A DNA stretch of 64,000 nt from Blastocatellia bacterium (GTDB lineage: Bacteria; Acidobacteriota; Blastocatellia; UBA7656), in contig JBJMGV010000132.1 in NCBI GenBank assembly GCA_045807725.1, positions 7,151 to 71,150 on the forward strand. The letters run 5' to 3'. Position 1 is the first letter of the stretch, and each line of letters begins with the position of its first letter. Below the pieces are notes generated by a model. It had not been told where the DNA came from. It saw only the letters and a program-made list of their open reading frames with translations, and made no database searches. Below, in pieces: positions 1-9,701 of the stretch. The translations under genes and the position numbers were made by a program.

Positions 1-15
1 AAATACGTTTACGGA

Positions 16-426
16 TTGCGCACGGCCAGCGCCATCTTCTGGGGACTGGCGCAGTTCGGCTACCTGAAATTCGCCGCCCTCACGCTGGCCAGTTGTGGCG
101 TCTGGGTCGGCTTGCTTGCCGGCCTGGGCTTCTCGTTTGCAACCGGAATTGAGAAGCTAATAGGCGACCTCCATCGCATACAGATCATCCTGCTGATCGC
201 GCTGATCGTCATCGCCACCGTCTACGTCATCAGCCGCTTCGAGCGCCAGGTTATCGAAGAAGAGAAGAAGTTCTTCGTCGAGACTGAAGAAGAGAAAGAG
301 ATGATCGAGAAGGGCCGCGAGATTCTGCAAAAAGCGATCACGCACGTTCACTTGCCAACGCCGCACAGTGAAGAGAGCGATGAACCGCGCCCGGTGGCGC
401 GCGAAAAGACGACCCGCGAGGATTGA
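16..426 (+). CDS. Hypothetical small membrane protein; the 5' end may lie upstream of the window
   Basis: ORF with two hydrophobic helices followed by an acidic/charged tail. TTG start at window edge; no recognisable family. Confidence 0.35.
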   Translation: MRTASAIFWGLAQFGYLKFAALTLASCGVWVGLLAGLGFSFATGIEKLIGDLHRIQIILLIALIVIATVYVISRFERQVIEEEKKFFVETEEEKEMIEKGREILQKAITHVHLPTPHSEESDEPRPVAREKTTRED

Positions 427-476
427 CCGAAAACCACGAGCCGCGCCCGCCGCGTAGTGCCAGAGTGATACGAGCG

Positions 477-2786
477 ATGGCCGAAACGATTTCGCATTAC
501 CGCATCGAAAGGAAGCTCGGCGCGGGCGGCATGGGCGAGGTCTACTTGGCCGAAGACCTGCGGCTGGGCCGGCGGGTCGCGCTCAAATTCCTGCCCGCTT
601 CTTATCAGTATGACGCCGACCGCCGCGCCCGCTTTCTCAAAGAAGCGCGCGCCGCTTCCGCCTTGCGCTCGCCGTACATCGCCGCCATCTATGACATCGG
701 CGAACAGGACGGCACGATGTTTCTGGTGCTGGAATACGTCGAAGGCGAATTGCTGTCGGCGCGCGTCGAGCGCGGCGCAATGGCTCCGCGTGAAGCCGTC
801 GAGGTCGGCGAGCAGATTGCCGACGCGCTTGATGAAGCGCACAGCCTCGGCATCATCCACCGCGATGTCAAGAGCGCCAACCTGATCTGGACGCCGCGCG
901 GGCTGGTGAAGATGCTCGACTTTGGATTGGCGAAACTCAGCCAGATTCCTACGGCTCAATCTGACAGCAGCGACTACACGACGCCGCTCGGCCAGCAGAC
1001 CGCCGCCGGCATCGTGCTCGGCACGGTCACGTATATGTCGCCCGAACAGGCGCTGGGCCGTCCGCTCGATGGGCGCACAGACCTCTTCAGCTTAGGCGTC
1101 GTGCTCTACGAGACGCTTACGGCGCGGCTGCCCTTCACGGGAACAAGCGCCACAGAGATCATCGACCACATCCTGCACAGCGAACCCGTTGCGGTGTCGC
1201 GCTTCAATGCCAACACGCCGGCGGAGCTTGAGCGCATCGTCCGCAAGTGCATGGAGAAAGACCGCGACCGTCGTTACCAGTCGGCCCGCGAGCTGGCCAT
1301 TGACCTGCGCAACCTGAAGCGCGATCTTGATTCGGGCGCGCTCTCGACATCGGGCCTGTTGACGCAGAGCTTCACGAATGCTTCAGTGCGCCGCACGCGA
1401 ACGCGCCGCGCTATTGATTCGCTGGCCATCCTGCCGCTTGCCAACGAGAGCCTTGATGCGGAAGCCGATTATCTCGCCGACGGCATCACCGAATCGATCA
1501 TCAATAACCTGTCGCAGCTACCGAAGCTGCGCGTGATGGCGCGTTCGACCGTCTTTCGTTATAAAGGCCGCGCCGTTGATCCCATCAGCACGGGCATTGA
1601 GCTTGGCGTGCGCGCCGTGCTGGTCGGGCGTATGCTCCATCGCGGCGACCAGTTGATTATCAAAGTCGAGCTGGTGGACACGGGCGACGGCTCGCACGTC
1701 TGGGGTGAAACTTACAATCGACCGATGGCCGACATCTTCGCCATCGAGTCCGACATTTCGAGCGTCATCTCTGAGAAGCTGCGCCTGAAGCTCAGCAGCG
1801 CGCAGAAGCAGAAGCTGACGAAGCGCCACACCGGCAATACGGAAGCCTATCAGCTTTATCTCAAGGGCCGCTTTTATTGGAACAAGCGCACGCCCGACAG
1901 CCTGCGGCGCGGCATCGATTATTTCACCCAGGCCATAGCGGCTGATCCGAGCTACGCGATGGCTTACGCCGGCCTGGCCGACTCCTACAACATCCTGGCG
2001 AGCTACAGCGCGTCGGCCCCCGACGAAGCGTTTCCGAAAGCGCAGGCAGCGGCGGTCAGGGCGTTGCAATTGGACGAGCGATTGCCCGAAGCGCACGCCT
2101 CGATGGCGTTTGTGACGTTCGGCTATTCGTGGGACTTTGCGCAGGCCGACCGCGAGTTCAAGCGCGCGCTCGAACTCAGCCCCGGCTACGCGGTGGCGCA
2201 TCAATGGTACGCGTTATACCTTGCGGCGATGCGGCGTATGGATGAAGCCATCATCGAAATCCGCCGCGCCGAACAACTCGACCCGCTGTCGCTGCCGATT
2301 CTAACGAACAAGGGTTGGATACTCTATCTGGCGCGCCGCTACGACGAAGCGCGAGATACATTACAGAAGGCGCTTGAGCTTGACCGCGACTTCGTGCTGG
2401 CGCACCGGCGGTTGGGTCAGGTCTACGAAGCGCGCGAGATGTTCGCCGAGGCGCGGCGCGAGTACGAGAAGTGTTTAGAGCTTGCGCCCGATGATGTCGA
2501 AACGCTGGCCGCGCTCGGCCACGCTTATGCCGCAGGCGGCGAGCCGGACCGCGCCCGCGAAATCATCGCTCGATTGATCGAATCGGCCAGGAGCCGCTAC
2601 GTGCCGTCTTACCTGATCGCCGTCATTGAGATCGGCTTGAATGACGCGGACGCGGCTTTCACGTGGCTCGAACGCGCCTTTGCGGAACGCTATGGCTTTC
2701 TCGCTTACCTGAACGTCAGCCCGGTCTTTGACCCTCTGCGGCAGGACGAACGCCTGCGCGACCTGGCCACGCGCGTCGGGATTTGA
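477..2786 (+). CDS. Serine/threonine protein kinase (Hanks type) with C-terminal TPR repeat region
   Basis: N-terminal kinase motifs GAGGMGEVY, VALK, HRDVKSANL and DFGLAK; C-terminal ~400 aa rich in TPR-like helical repeats. ATG at 477 is in frame and directly precedes the kinase domain; the ORF track starts at TTG 423. Confidence 0.9.
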   Translation: MAETISHYRIERKLGAGGMGEVYLAEDLRLGRRVALKFLPASYQYDADRRARFLKEARAASALRSPYIAAIYDIGEQDGTMFLVLEYVEGELLSARVERGAMAPREAVEVGEQIADALDEAHSLGIIHRDVKSANLIWTPRGLVKMLDFGLAKLSQIPTAQSDSSDYTTPLGQQTAAGIVLGTVTYMSPEQALGRPLDGRTDLFSLGVVLYETLTARLPFTGTSATEIIDHILHSEPVAVSRFNANTPAELERIVRKCMEKDRDRRYQSARELAIDLRNLKRDLDSGALSTSGLLTQSFTNASVRRTRTRRAIDSLAILPLANESLDAEADYLADGITESIINNLSQLPKLRVMARSTVFRYKGRAVDPISTGIELGVRAVLVGRMLHRGDQLIIKVELVDTGDGSHVWGETYNRPMADIFAIESDISSVISEKLRLKLSSAQKQKLTKRHTGNTEAYQLYLKGRFYWNKRTPDSLRRGIDYFTQAIAADPSYAMAYAGLADSYNILASYSASAPDEAFPKAQAAAVRALQLDERLPEAHASMAFVTFGYSWDFAQADREFKRALELSPGYAVAHQWYALYLAAMRRMDEAIIEIRRAEQLDPLSLPILTNKGWILYLARRYDEARDTLQKALELDRDFVLAHRRLGQVYEAREMFAEARREYEKCLELAPDDVETLAALGHAYAAGGEPDRAREIIARLIESARSRYVPSYLIAVIEIGLNDADAAFTWLERAFAERYGFLAYLNVSPVFDPLRQDERLRDLATRVGI

Positions 2787-2787
2787 A

Positions 2788-3192
2788 CAGGATTCAGGAT
2801 TCAGGATTCAGGATACAGGAAGCAGGAAGCAGGAGGCAGTGGTCAGTGATCAGTGGTCAGTGGTCAGTTGATAGTTCCCCAAGCTCCGTCAGGAGCGCGA
2901 TGTTTATAGTTACCGATGCAATAGATGAAGCAAGCTCCGTCAGGAGCGCAATGTTTATAGTCAACGAGACGATTAGATTCTCAAGCTCCGTCAGGAGCGC
3001 GATGTTTATAGAAATGGCTGAAGGATGTGACGAAGCCCCGTAGGGGCGCAATGTTGACATCACGCTCCTGACGGAGCTTGGATCATCAACAACATTGTTG
3101 ACTATAAACATCGCGCTCCTGACGGAGCTTGGTCGAACGAACGACTATCAACTGGCCACTGGCCATTGACCACTGACCACTGGCCACTGCCT
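2788..3192. repeat. Complex palindromic MITE-like repeat element, copy 1. Tandem heptamer arms (caggatt; cagtggt) flank a core of three direct 29-bp repeats (2881-2909, 2932-2960, 2983-3011) plus inverted copies (around 3047-3080 and 3102-3130)
   Basis: Read directly. AAGCTCCGTCAGGAGCGCGATGTTTATAG occurs three times directly and twice reverse-complemented. The outer arms (2837-2872 vs 3150-3192) are imperfect inverted repeats made of GTCAGTG-type heptamers. The central block ggctgaaggatgtgacgaagccccgtaggggcgcaatgttgacat is shared with the 11.8 kb copy. Confidence 0.8.
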
Positions 3193-3243
3193 TAGGGTAG
3201 CAACTCGACGGTGGCGCGTTGGGCTGCCCGCGTAAGGCATCGG

Positions 3244-3933
3244 TCACGCGAACAGCGACTGCTCGTAGCGGTAGCAGTGAATCTCCATTGCGCCGAGCGC
3301 GAAGCGGACGGGCTTCAAAACGTAGCGACCCGCCGGCAACGCGGTATAAGCGGCCTCGGTCAGCAGTATCTCATCCGTTTCGGCAATGTCTTCGCCGAGC
3401 TTGCACGCCACATTCATCTCAGAGCCGAACATGTCTTCGTCGCCGATGACCAGCGTGTCGCCGAAGCCTATGCCGATGCTGCCGTGCAAGTGGCGTTCGG
3501 ACGGCAGCACATTGTTGATGGCGGTGAAGGCGCGCAGGATGTCGAGCGCCGCTTCGAGCGCCTGCGCCGGCTCACTGAAAATAGCAAAGATGTCGTCGGC
3601 CTCCTGCTTGATGACGCGCCCGCCGTTGCCGTTGATGGCGGGCCGCGCCACCTCTTCCATCTGGCGGATCATCGCGAGGAAGTGGATGATGCCGTGCGCC
3701 ATCGTCAGTTGGGTGAAGCCGCACATATCCATCGCCAGAATCGCTACTCGTTGTCCGAAGGTTTGCGTGATCTGCCGATCAATGTCGGCGGCGCGGGCGG
3801 CGTGCTGGTTGCGCTCCGAGAGCAGTTGATTCAGGTAATCGCGCCCGCTTGCGAATGACGTGGCGTGTGCCGGCAACGTGCGCGTCTCCGGCTCGTCGTG
3901 TAACTGGTCGGATGATGGCGGCTGCTCGCTCAT
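3244..3933 (-). CDS. Class III adenylate/guanylate cyclase, catalytic domain only
   Basis: Cyclase-homology-domain-like motifs: VAILAMDMCGFTQL, RVIKQEADDIFAIF, IGIGFGDTLVIGD; 229 aa with no sensor domain. The antisense ORFs 3211..3858 and 3386..3829 are rejected as artefacts. Confidence 0.75.
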   Translation of the reverse strand: MSEQPPSSDQLHDEPETRTLPAHATSFASGRDYLNQLLSERNQHAARAADIDRQITQTFGQRVAILAMDMCGFTQLTMAHGIIHFLAMIRQMEEVARPAINGNGGRVIKQEADDIFAIFSEPAQALEAALDILRAFTAINNVLPSERHLHGSIGIGFGDTLVIGDEDMFGSEMNVACKLGEDIAETDEILLTEAAYTALPAGRYVLKPVRFALGAMEIHCYRYEQSLFA

Positions 3934-3972
3934 ACGTGATTCTGCGAATTGAGTGTGTGGCGTTGGCTCTGG

Positions 3973-4044
3973 TTTACCGCAGAGGACGCAAAGGAACGCA
4001 AAGGCTTATCCAACTCTGCGCCTTTTGCGTCCTCTGCGGTAAAT
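3973..4044. repeat. Inverted-repeat hairpin (ccgcagaggacgcaaagg...cctttgcgtcctctgcgg) between convergent gene ends; possible terminator
   Basis: Near-perfect ~25-bp stem seen directly. No strong T-run, so terminator function is uncertain. Confidence 0.45.
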
Positions 4045-4054
4045 GTTTATCTCG

Positions 4055-5053
4055 CTACTTGGCCGTGACGAACTCGCGGATGTAGCCGTTGACCAGCGCC
4101 GGCTTCTCGTGGATGACCCAGTGCGTGCCTTCGGGGATGCGCTTGATCGTGAGCTGAGGCACGTACTTGTCCAGCCCTTCGAGGTTGCCGGTCAGTAGCG
4201 CCGTGTCCTTCTCGCCCCAGATCACCAGCGTCGGCACTTTCACATCAAACGAAGGGAAGTTTGCAGCGATGCTCGTCCCTTCCTTGTCCGTTGCGGTTGG
4301 CGGGCCGACGCGCGCGGCGCGGTAGTAATTCAGCCCGCCCGTCAGCGCGCCCGGCTGCGACCACGCTTCGATGTACGCCTTCTTGTCCTCTTCAGTGAAC
4401 GTGCCGTTCTTCAACCCTTCGCTGAGCACGACCCCGACCAGCGTGGCGTAGTTGTTGGCCGAGAGCGTCGCTTCGGCCTGCGGGCTGCGGAACATCAGCA
4501 TATACTGCGACGCCTTCTGCTGCGCCGGGTTCTCTTTCAGCTCGCGCGCAAAGACGCCGGGGTGTGGCGCGTTGATGATGACGAGCTTCTCCAGGTACTC
4601 AGGATGAGCGATGGCAAACGCCCACGCAATCGCGCCGCCCCAGTCGTGCGCAACGAGAATGAACTTCTTGTGACCGAGCTTGTCGGCAAGCGCCCTCACG
4701 TCTTCGATCAGATACTTGACTTGATACTGATCCACTTCAGCAGGCTTGGATGACAAATTGTAGCCGCGCATATCGGGCGCAACCGCCGTGTAATCCTTGC
4801 CGAAGTCGAGGAGCTGATTCTTCCACTCGTACCAGAATTCCGGGAAGCCGTGCAGGAACATAACCAGCTTTTTGCCATTGCCCGCCGTCACGTAATGCAG
4901 GCGGACGCCGTTCACTTCGACGTAGTCGTGCTTAATCATCGGCTGGCCTTTCTTATCGTCGGCAGTGCGAGCGGCGGCGCACAAAGCGAGCAACATCACG
5001 ACGAAGCCGCTTACCACCAGTCGCCGCGTCCAGCTTTTTGTGTGAGCAATCAT
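4055..5053 (-). CDS. Secreted alpha/beta-hydrolase fold enzyme (epoxide hydrolase/haloalkane dehalogenase-like)
   Basis: N-terminal signal peptide; HGFPEFWYEW and nucleophile-elbow-like AHDWGG motifs typical of the abhydrolase_1 family. Confidence 0.85.
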   Translation of the reverse strand: MIAHTKSWTRRLVVSGFVVMLLALCAAARTADDKKGQPMIKHDYVEVNGVRLHYVTAGNGKKLVMFLHGFPEFWYEWKNQLLDFGKDYTAVAPDMRGYNLSSKPAEVDQYQVKYLIEDVRALADKLGHKKFILVAHDWGGAIAWAFAIAHPEYLEKLVIINAPHPGVFARELKENPAQQKASQYMLMFRSPQAEATLSANNYATLVGVVLSEGLKNGTFTEEDKKAYIEAWSQPGALTGGLNYYRAARVGPPTATDKEGTSIAANFPSFDVKVPTLVIWGEKDTALLTGNLEGLDKYVPQLTIKRIPEGTHWVIHEKPALVNGYIREFVTAK

Positions 5054-5086
5054 GCGATTTCACCTTTTTAAGATTTGTGGCCCGCG

Positions 5087-5410
5087 TTACTTTTTGTCAA
5101 TCGGGTAGAGGTACTGTTGCGGCGGGCCTTCGTAGACGGTGTAGCAGCGCTGGCAACGGTGTAGCGTGTTGCCGGGCGCGGCCTGCTTCAGCGCGTCGGG
5201 CGGCGCGGTCTGCCACTGTTTGACGTGGCCCTGACAGCGGTTGCCTTTTTCGTTCTTCATCGTGCAGACGGTCTGACCGGGCAGCAGCGCCGTATACGCG
5301 CCCCGTCGCTCGGCCCCCGGCTGCATCATTCGTGATTGGATGTTTGCGACTCCCGCTTGTCCCATTAGCTTACCCCCTGAGTGACCTTTCCCGGCGGCAT
5401 GATAAGCCAA
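5087..5410 (-). CDS. Hypothetical small Cys-containing protein
   Basis: ORF only. Four Cys arranged CxxxxxC...CxxC; no family recognised; may not be real. Confidence 0.25.
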   Translation of the reverse strand: MAYHAAGKGHSGGKLMGQAGVANIQSRMMQPGAERRGAYTALLPGQTVCTMKNEKGNRCQGHVKQWQTAPPDALKQAAPGNTLHRCQRCYTVYEGPPQQYLYPIDKK

Positions 5411-5495
5411 CGCGGCGCTTTACGGAAGGGCGACGCCGAGACAATTTTTTACAGAACGCGCCGACGCGCTGCGGAGATTTCCGTGTATACTCTCG

Positions 5496-7226
5496 GTGAT
5501 GCGCAAGTGGCCAAAAGTCAACCTGTCTTCAAAAACACGGCTGATCGCCATCGCCGTCGTTGCCCTGCTGCTGCCGACCGTGGTGCTATCGGTCGTGCAG
5601 TTCCGCTCGCTGGTTGACCTCGAAGACAAAACCAAAGTCGCCGTGCAAGAGAATATGCGGCAGACCTTGCAGACCTTCTCGCGCAAGGTCGAAGAGAACC
5701 TGAAAGGCTTGGCGCGCAAGAACCTCGGCGATATTCCAATGGCGGACATCGAGCCGAAGAACACCCAGTCGCTCGAACGCCGCTTTGCCGCCGTCAAGCG
5801 CGAGCACCCGGAGATCGAAACGCTTTTCGCCTTCTCGCTCTGCCAGGATACCGATCAGTATTCCTGCCTCTTCTACACGGATGCGGGGCTGCGGCATCTG
5901 GACTGGCCGGCCATTATGATGACGCCGGAGGCGCTGACCGCTTACAAAGCGTTCAACCGTGCCTTCGCTTCGCGCACGCCCGACTCGAAGGCCGATTATC
6001 TGTTCTGGCAGACTTCGTGCTGCAAGGACTCGGCGAACAAAGACGGCAGCAAGTTTCAGGAGTTCATCTTCCGCCCGCTGCTGTGCTGCGAGACGAAAGA
6101 CTGCATCGCCTTTTCGGGCTTCTCGCTGAACGCCGGTTACATCGCCGACACCTACCTGCCGCAGATGATGCCGGCCTTGCTACGCAGTTGTGATATTGAT
6201 GACAAAGATTCGGCGCTTGCGCTCGGCATCTTCGACGAGACCAGCGACGAAGTCTTCACCAACCGCACCGGCCAGGGCGATTACGAAGTGAAGATGAGCT
6301 TCGCGCCCGCCTTCCCGCAGTGGAAGCTGGCGCTCGGTTACAAGAACACGACCATCGAGCAACTGGCGCGCGACAACTTCACCAAGAACCTGTTGCTGAC
6401 GTTGCTGTTGTTATCCATCTTGATTCTCGGCATCATCCTGACCTTGCGCGCCACCTCGCGCGAGATGAAGCTTGCGGAAGCGAAATCCACCTTCGTCTCC
6501 AACGTCTCGCACGAGCTGAAGACGCCGCTCGCCTTGATTCGTCTGTTCGCCGAGACGCTTGAACTGGGCCGCGTCAAGAATGCCGAGAAGGCGCACGAGT
6601 ATCACCGCATCATCAACAGCGAGAGCCGGCGGCTGACGCAGCTCATCAACAACATCCTCGACTTCTCGAAGATCGAAGCGGGCCGCAAAGAATACCAGTT
6701 CGTCGAATCGGATGTTGCCGAAGTCGTCGAAGAGGTGCTGAAGAGTTACGAATACCAGATCACCAGCGACGGCTTTGAACTGACCTCGGACATCGCCGCC
6801 GACCTGCCGCCGGTTGCCATTGACCGCGACGCGATTTCGCAAGCGGTCTTGAACCTCGTGAACAACGCGGTCAAGTATTGCGATGATGTGAAGAAGATCA
6901 ACGTGCGCGTGCGCCACCGCGACGGCTTCGTCGCCATCGAAGTAGCCGATCACGGCATCGGCATTCCGCGCTCAGAGCAAGAAAAGATATTCGAGAAGTT
7001 CTACCGCGTCAGCACAGGCCTCGTGCATGACACGAAGGGGAGCGGCCTCGGCCTTGCGCTCGTCAAGCACATCGTCGAAGCGCACAAAGGCAAGATTCAG
7101 CTTGAGAGCGCGCCCGGTCGCGGCAGCCGCTTCACGATATTGATTCCGGCGGGCAACGTCGAGACGGCGGCCAGGCCAGTGAAGTTTGATGGAGGGTATC
7201 CGATTGCAGAAGGTGCTAATCATTGA
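5496..7226 (+). CDS. Sensor histidine kinase with Cys-rich periplasmic sensing domain
   Basis: TM1 near N-terminus, ~260-aa extracytoplasmic region containing 8 Cys ([19 protein letters not shown]), second TM, HisKA motif [13 protein letters not shown], HATPase_c G-boxes ([15 protein letters not shown]). Confidence 0.9.
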   Translation: MMRKWPKVNLSSKTRLIAIAVVALLLPTVVLSVVQFRSLVDLEDKTKVAVQENMRQTLQTFSRKVEENLKGLARKNLGDIPMADIEPKNTQSLERRFAAVKREHPEIETLFAFSLCQDTDQYSCLFYTDAGLRHLDWPAIMMTPEALTAYKAFNRAFASRTPDSKADYLFWQTSCCKDSANKDGSKFQEFIFRPLLCCETKDCIAFSGFSLNAGYIADTYLPQMMPALLRSCDIDDKDSALALGIFDETSDEVFTNRTGQGDYEVKMSFAPAFPQWKLALGYKNTTIEQLARDNFTKNLLLTLLLLSILILGIILTLRATSREMKLAEAKSTFVSNVSHELKTPLALIRLFAETLELGRVKNAEKAHEYHRIINSESRRLTQLINNILDFSKIEAGRKEYQFVESDVAEVVEEVLKSYEYQITSDGFELTSDIAADLPPVAIDRDAISQAVLNLVNNAVKYCDDVKKINVRVRHRDGFVAIEVADHGIGIPRSEQEKIFEKFYRVSTGLVHDTKGSGLGLALVKHIVEAHKGKIQLESAPGRGSRFTILIPAGNVETAARPVKFDGGYPIAEGANH

Positions 7227-7884
7227 AGACGAGCCGGACATGGTGCTCGGCCTCAAGGACAATTTCGAGTACGAAGGCTATGACGTGGTGGTGGCGCGCG
7301 ATGGCCGCGAAGGCTTGACCCGTGCCGTCAGTGAGCGGCCTGACGTGATCCTGCTCGACATCATGCTGCCGAAGATGAGCGGCCTCGATGTGTGCCGCGA
7401 ACTGCGTAACCAAGGGCTGGATACGCCGGTCATTATGCTGACGGCGCGTGGCCAGGAGATTGATAAAGTCATCGGCCTTGAGATGGGCGCTGACGATTAC
7501 GTCACCAAGCCGTTCAGCATTAAAGAACTGCTCGCGCGCGTCCGCGCACAGTTGCGCCGCGCCACGCGCCAGGTCGCCGAAGTCGAATCTTATAGCTTCG
7601 GCGACGTGGCTTTGAACTTCAAACGATACGAGGCGACCCGTAACGGCGAAGGGCTTGAGCTGTCGCCGCGCGAGTTCGAGCTGCTGAAGTATTTCATCCA
7701 GCATCGCGGCGAGACGATCACGCGCGATCAATTGCTGGACGATGTCTGGGGCTATGACAACTACCCGTTCACGCGCACGGTGGACAATCACATCGCCAAG
7801 CTGCGGCAGAAGGTCGAAGCCGTGCCCGCCGACCCGAAATACATCATCACCGTCCACCGCGTCGGTTATAAATTCCTCGGCTAA
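7189..7884 (+). CDS. OmpR/PhoB-family response regulator (REC + winged-helix)
   Basis: [10 protein letters not shown]...D-box, LTARG, C-terminal trans_reg_C motifs ([22 protein letters not shown]). Start overlaps the kinase stop (translational coupling). The ORF track start is TTG 7186; ATG at 7189. Confidence 0.9.
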   Translation: MEGIRLQKVLIIEDEPDMVLGLKDNFEYEGYDVVVARDGREGLTRAVSERPDVILLDIMLPKMSGLDVCRELRNQGLDTPVIMLTARGQEIDKVIGLEMGADDYVTKPFSIKELLARVRAQLRRATRQVAEVESYSFGDVALNFKRYEATRNGEGLELSPREFELLKYFIQHRGETITRDQLLDDVWGYDNYPFTRTVDNHIAKLRQKVEAVPADPKYIITVHRVGYKFLG

Positions 7885-7886
7885 AA

Positions 7887-7969
7887 TCCACGAAGGGCAC
7901 GAAGCACACAAAAGGCAAGAAAGGTTTTATCCTTTCCCATCCTTTGTGTGCTTTGTGCCCTTCGTGGAT
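7887..7969. terminator. Long perfect hairpin (ccacgaagggcacgaagcacacaaa...tttgtgtgctttgtgcccttcgtgg) between convergent response regulator and methyltransferase genes; probable bidirectional terminator
   Basis: ~26-bp stem seen directly. A weak T tract follows on the minus strand (tggattttag). Confidence 0.45.
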
Positions 7970-7973
7970 GATC

Positions 7974-8759
7974 TTATTTGACAGCGGCGACGCGCAGGCG
8001 GCAGTAGTCGGCGTGCCACGTGCCGTCGCGGAACAACACGGGGCGCAACGCATCTTCGATGGCTTGGATAATTGCCGGACGTTGAGCAACATCAACTTGC
8101 TTCATAAAATGATCGGTGAAGACCGCGAGCCAATCGCGCAAACCGGCTTCACCGCCTTCAAGCGGCGTTGGGCGCTCGAACCACGCGGCAAACGTCACCG
8201 TAAAGCCGATGCGTTCAAGCAGCGAAGCATACTCGCCAATGGTCGGAAAGTAATAGTAAGGTTCGTTACTAATTTCGTAACCGGCTTGTCGCAAGGCGCG
8301 GCGCAGCGCTGTCTCGATGTGATGGATGTTGCCACGGCCTCCGAACTCGGCGACGAAGCGGCCACCGGGTTTCAACGCCTGCCAGATCGAAGACGCCACC
8401 GCTTGCTGGTCTTTCATCCAGTGAATCGCCGCGTTTGAAAAGATTGCGTCGAATGGCTCATCGAAACGAAAGCTCTCGGCATCGGCCAACTCGAATCGCA
8501 ACTGCGGATAGTTGCGCCGCGCCGTAGCGATCATTTCGTCCGAGCGGTCGATGCCAACAACATCAGCGCCGCTGGCGGCAATCTGCGCGGTCAGGTGTCC
8601 GGTGCCGCATCCCACGTCGAGAATGCGCTCGCTTGCCTGCGGCGCGAGCCATTCAATGACGCCCGCGCCGTGCTTCCAGACGAACGAATAGCCCGCGTCA
8701 TAACGCGACGCATCCCACCGCTTTTCCGCCGAGCGCGAATGGTCTTCTGGCATAAGCAC
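7974..8759 (-). CDS. Class I SAM-dependent methyltransferase
   Basis: Motif I ILDVGCGTGHLT, post-I acidic DVVGIDRS, Methyltransf_11-like layout. Confidence 0.85.
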   Translation of the reverse strand: MLMPEDHSRSAEKRWDASRYDAGYSFVWKHGAGVIEWLAPQASERILDVGCGTGHLTAQIAASGADVVGIDRSDEMIATARRNYPQLRFELADAESFRFDEPFDAIFSNAAIHWMKDQQAVASSIWQALKPGGRFVAEFGGRGNIHHIETALRRALRQAGYEISNEPYYYFPTIGEYASLLERIGFTVTFAAWFERPTPLEGGEAGLRDWLAVFTDHFMKQVDVAQRPAIIQAIEDALRPVLFRDGTWHADYCRLRVAAVK

Positions 8760-9584
8760 TCACAACCCGCCGGCGACTTCGAGCACCTGGCCCGACACAT
8801 AATCGGAAAACGGCGAAGCGAAAAAGAAGATTGCGCCTGCCGCCTCGCGGGCTGTGCCGGCGCGGCCCATCGGGATCATCGGCGTCGTGCGCTCCAGCCG
8901 CTCGCCCGGTATGCCGATGGCGATCTCTGCCTCGCCGCGAAGGATCGATTCGCCTTTCTCTTTCGCTTGCGTCAACCGCGTGTCGATGCGACCGAAGGCG
9001 ACGGCGTTCACCTGTATGTTGAACTGGCCCCATTCTTTGGCGAGCGTTCTGGTCAGGCCGATGACGCCGGCTTTGCCCGATGCGTAGTTCGCCTGCCCCG
9101 GATTGCCGCGCGTGCCCGAAGTCGAGCTGATGTTGATGATCTTGCGGGCGCGCGCGTCGCCGTGCTCGGCCTTTTCGAGCTTGGCGGTTTCGCGCAGGTA
9201 AGCCGACGCTGCGCGAATGATGCGGAATGGCGCGGTCAGGTGGACGGCGAGAATGGCATCCCACTGCTCGTCGCTCATCTTGTGAATCACCGCGTCCCAC
9301 GTATAGCCGGCGTTGTTGACGATGATATCGAGACCGCCGAACCGAACAATCGCGTCGTTGACGATCAGGTCGGGGAAGGCCGGGTCGGTCACGTCGCCGA
9401 CCAGGCTCATCGCTTCGCCGCCAGCCGCGCGAATGGCTCCCACAGCCTCTTCGGCGGGCGCGGGGTCGATGTCGCTGAGCACGATACGCGCGCCGTGAGT
9501 GGCGAAGAGTTCCGCCGTTGCGCGCCCGATGCCGCGCCCCGCGCCGGTGATGATGGCAACTTTTCCTTCAAGCAATCGCTCCAC
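8760..9584 (-). CDS. Short-chain dehydrogenase/reductase (SDR) family oxidoreductase
   Basis: TGAGRGIGRA Rossmann motif, NNAG, catalytic YxxxK (YASGKAG). Confidence 0.9.
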   Translation of the reverse strand: MERLLEGKVAIITGAGRGIGRATAELFATHGARIVLSDIDPAPAEEAVGAIRAAGGEAMSLVGDVTDPAFPDLIVNDAIVRFGGLDIIVNNAGYTWDAVIHKMSDEQWDAILAVHLTAPFRIIRAASAYLRETAKLEKAEHGDARARKIINISSTSGTRGNPGQANYASGKAGVIGLTRTLAKEWGQFNIQVNAVAFGRIDTRLTQAKEKGESILRGEAEIAIGIPGERLERTTPMIPMGRAGTAREAAGAIFFFASPFSDYVSGQVLEVAGGL

Positions 9585-9701
9585 GTTTCGGCCTCCTGAT
9601 AAGTGATGAATGATCGCGCCGAGTCTATCACAGCATTTGCCCGCAGGTCATCGCTCGAATATCATTGGTCTTCGCTGAAATTTACTATCAGAGGCTAAGA
9701 T

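Noticed and set aside
2881-3130. Possible CRISPR mini-array (29-bp repeats with 22-bp spacers)
   Set aside because: The repeats occur in both orientations. The 'spacers' are conserved (as reverse complement) in the second copy at 11.8 kb. The whole structure is palindromic with heptamer-repeat arms. There are no cas genes. It is a MITE-like structured repeat.
3211-3858. 215-aa + strand ORF overlapping the adenylate cyclase gene
   Set aside because: Antisense to a gene with clear cyclase motifs; Arg/Ala-rich composition typical of a high-GC frame artefact.
7216-7911. 231-aa minus-strand ORF antisense to the response regulator
   Set aside because: Overlaps a well-supported OmpR-family gene; no motifs.
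8595-9599. 334-aa + ORF antisense to the methyltransferase and SDR genes
   Set aside because: High-GC antisense artefact; the SDR and methyltransferase motifs are on the other strand.
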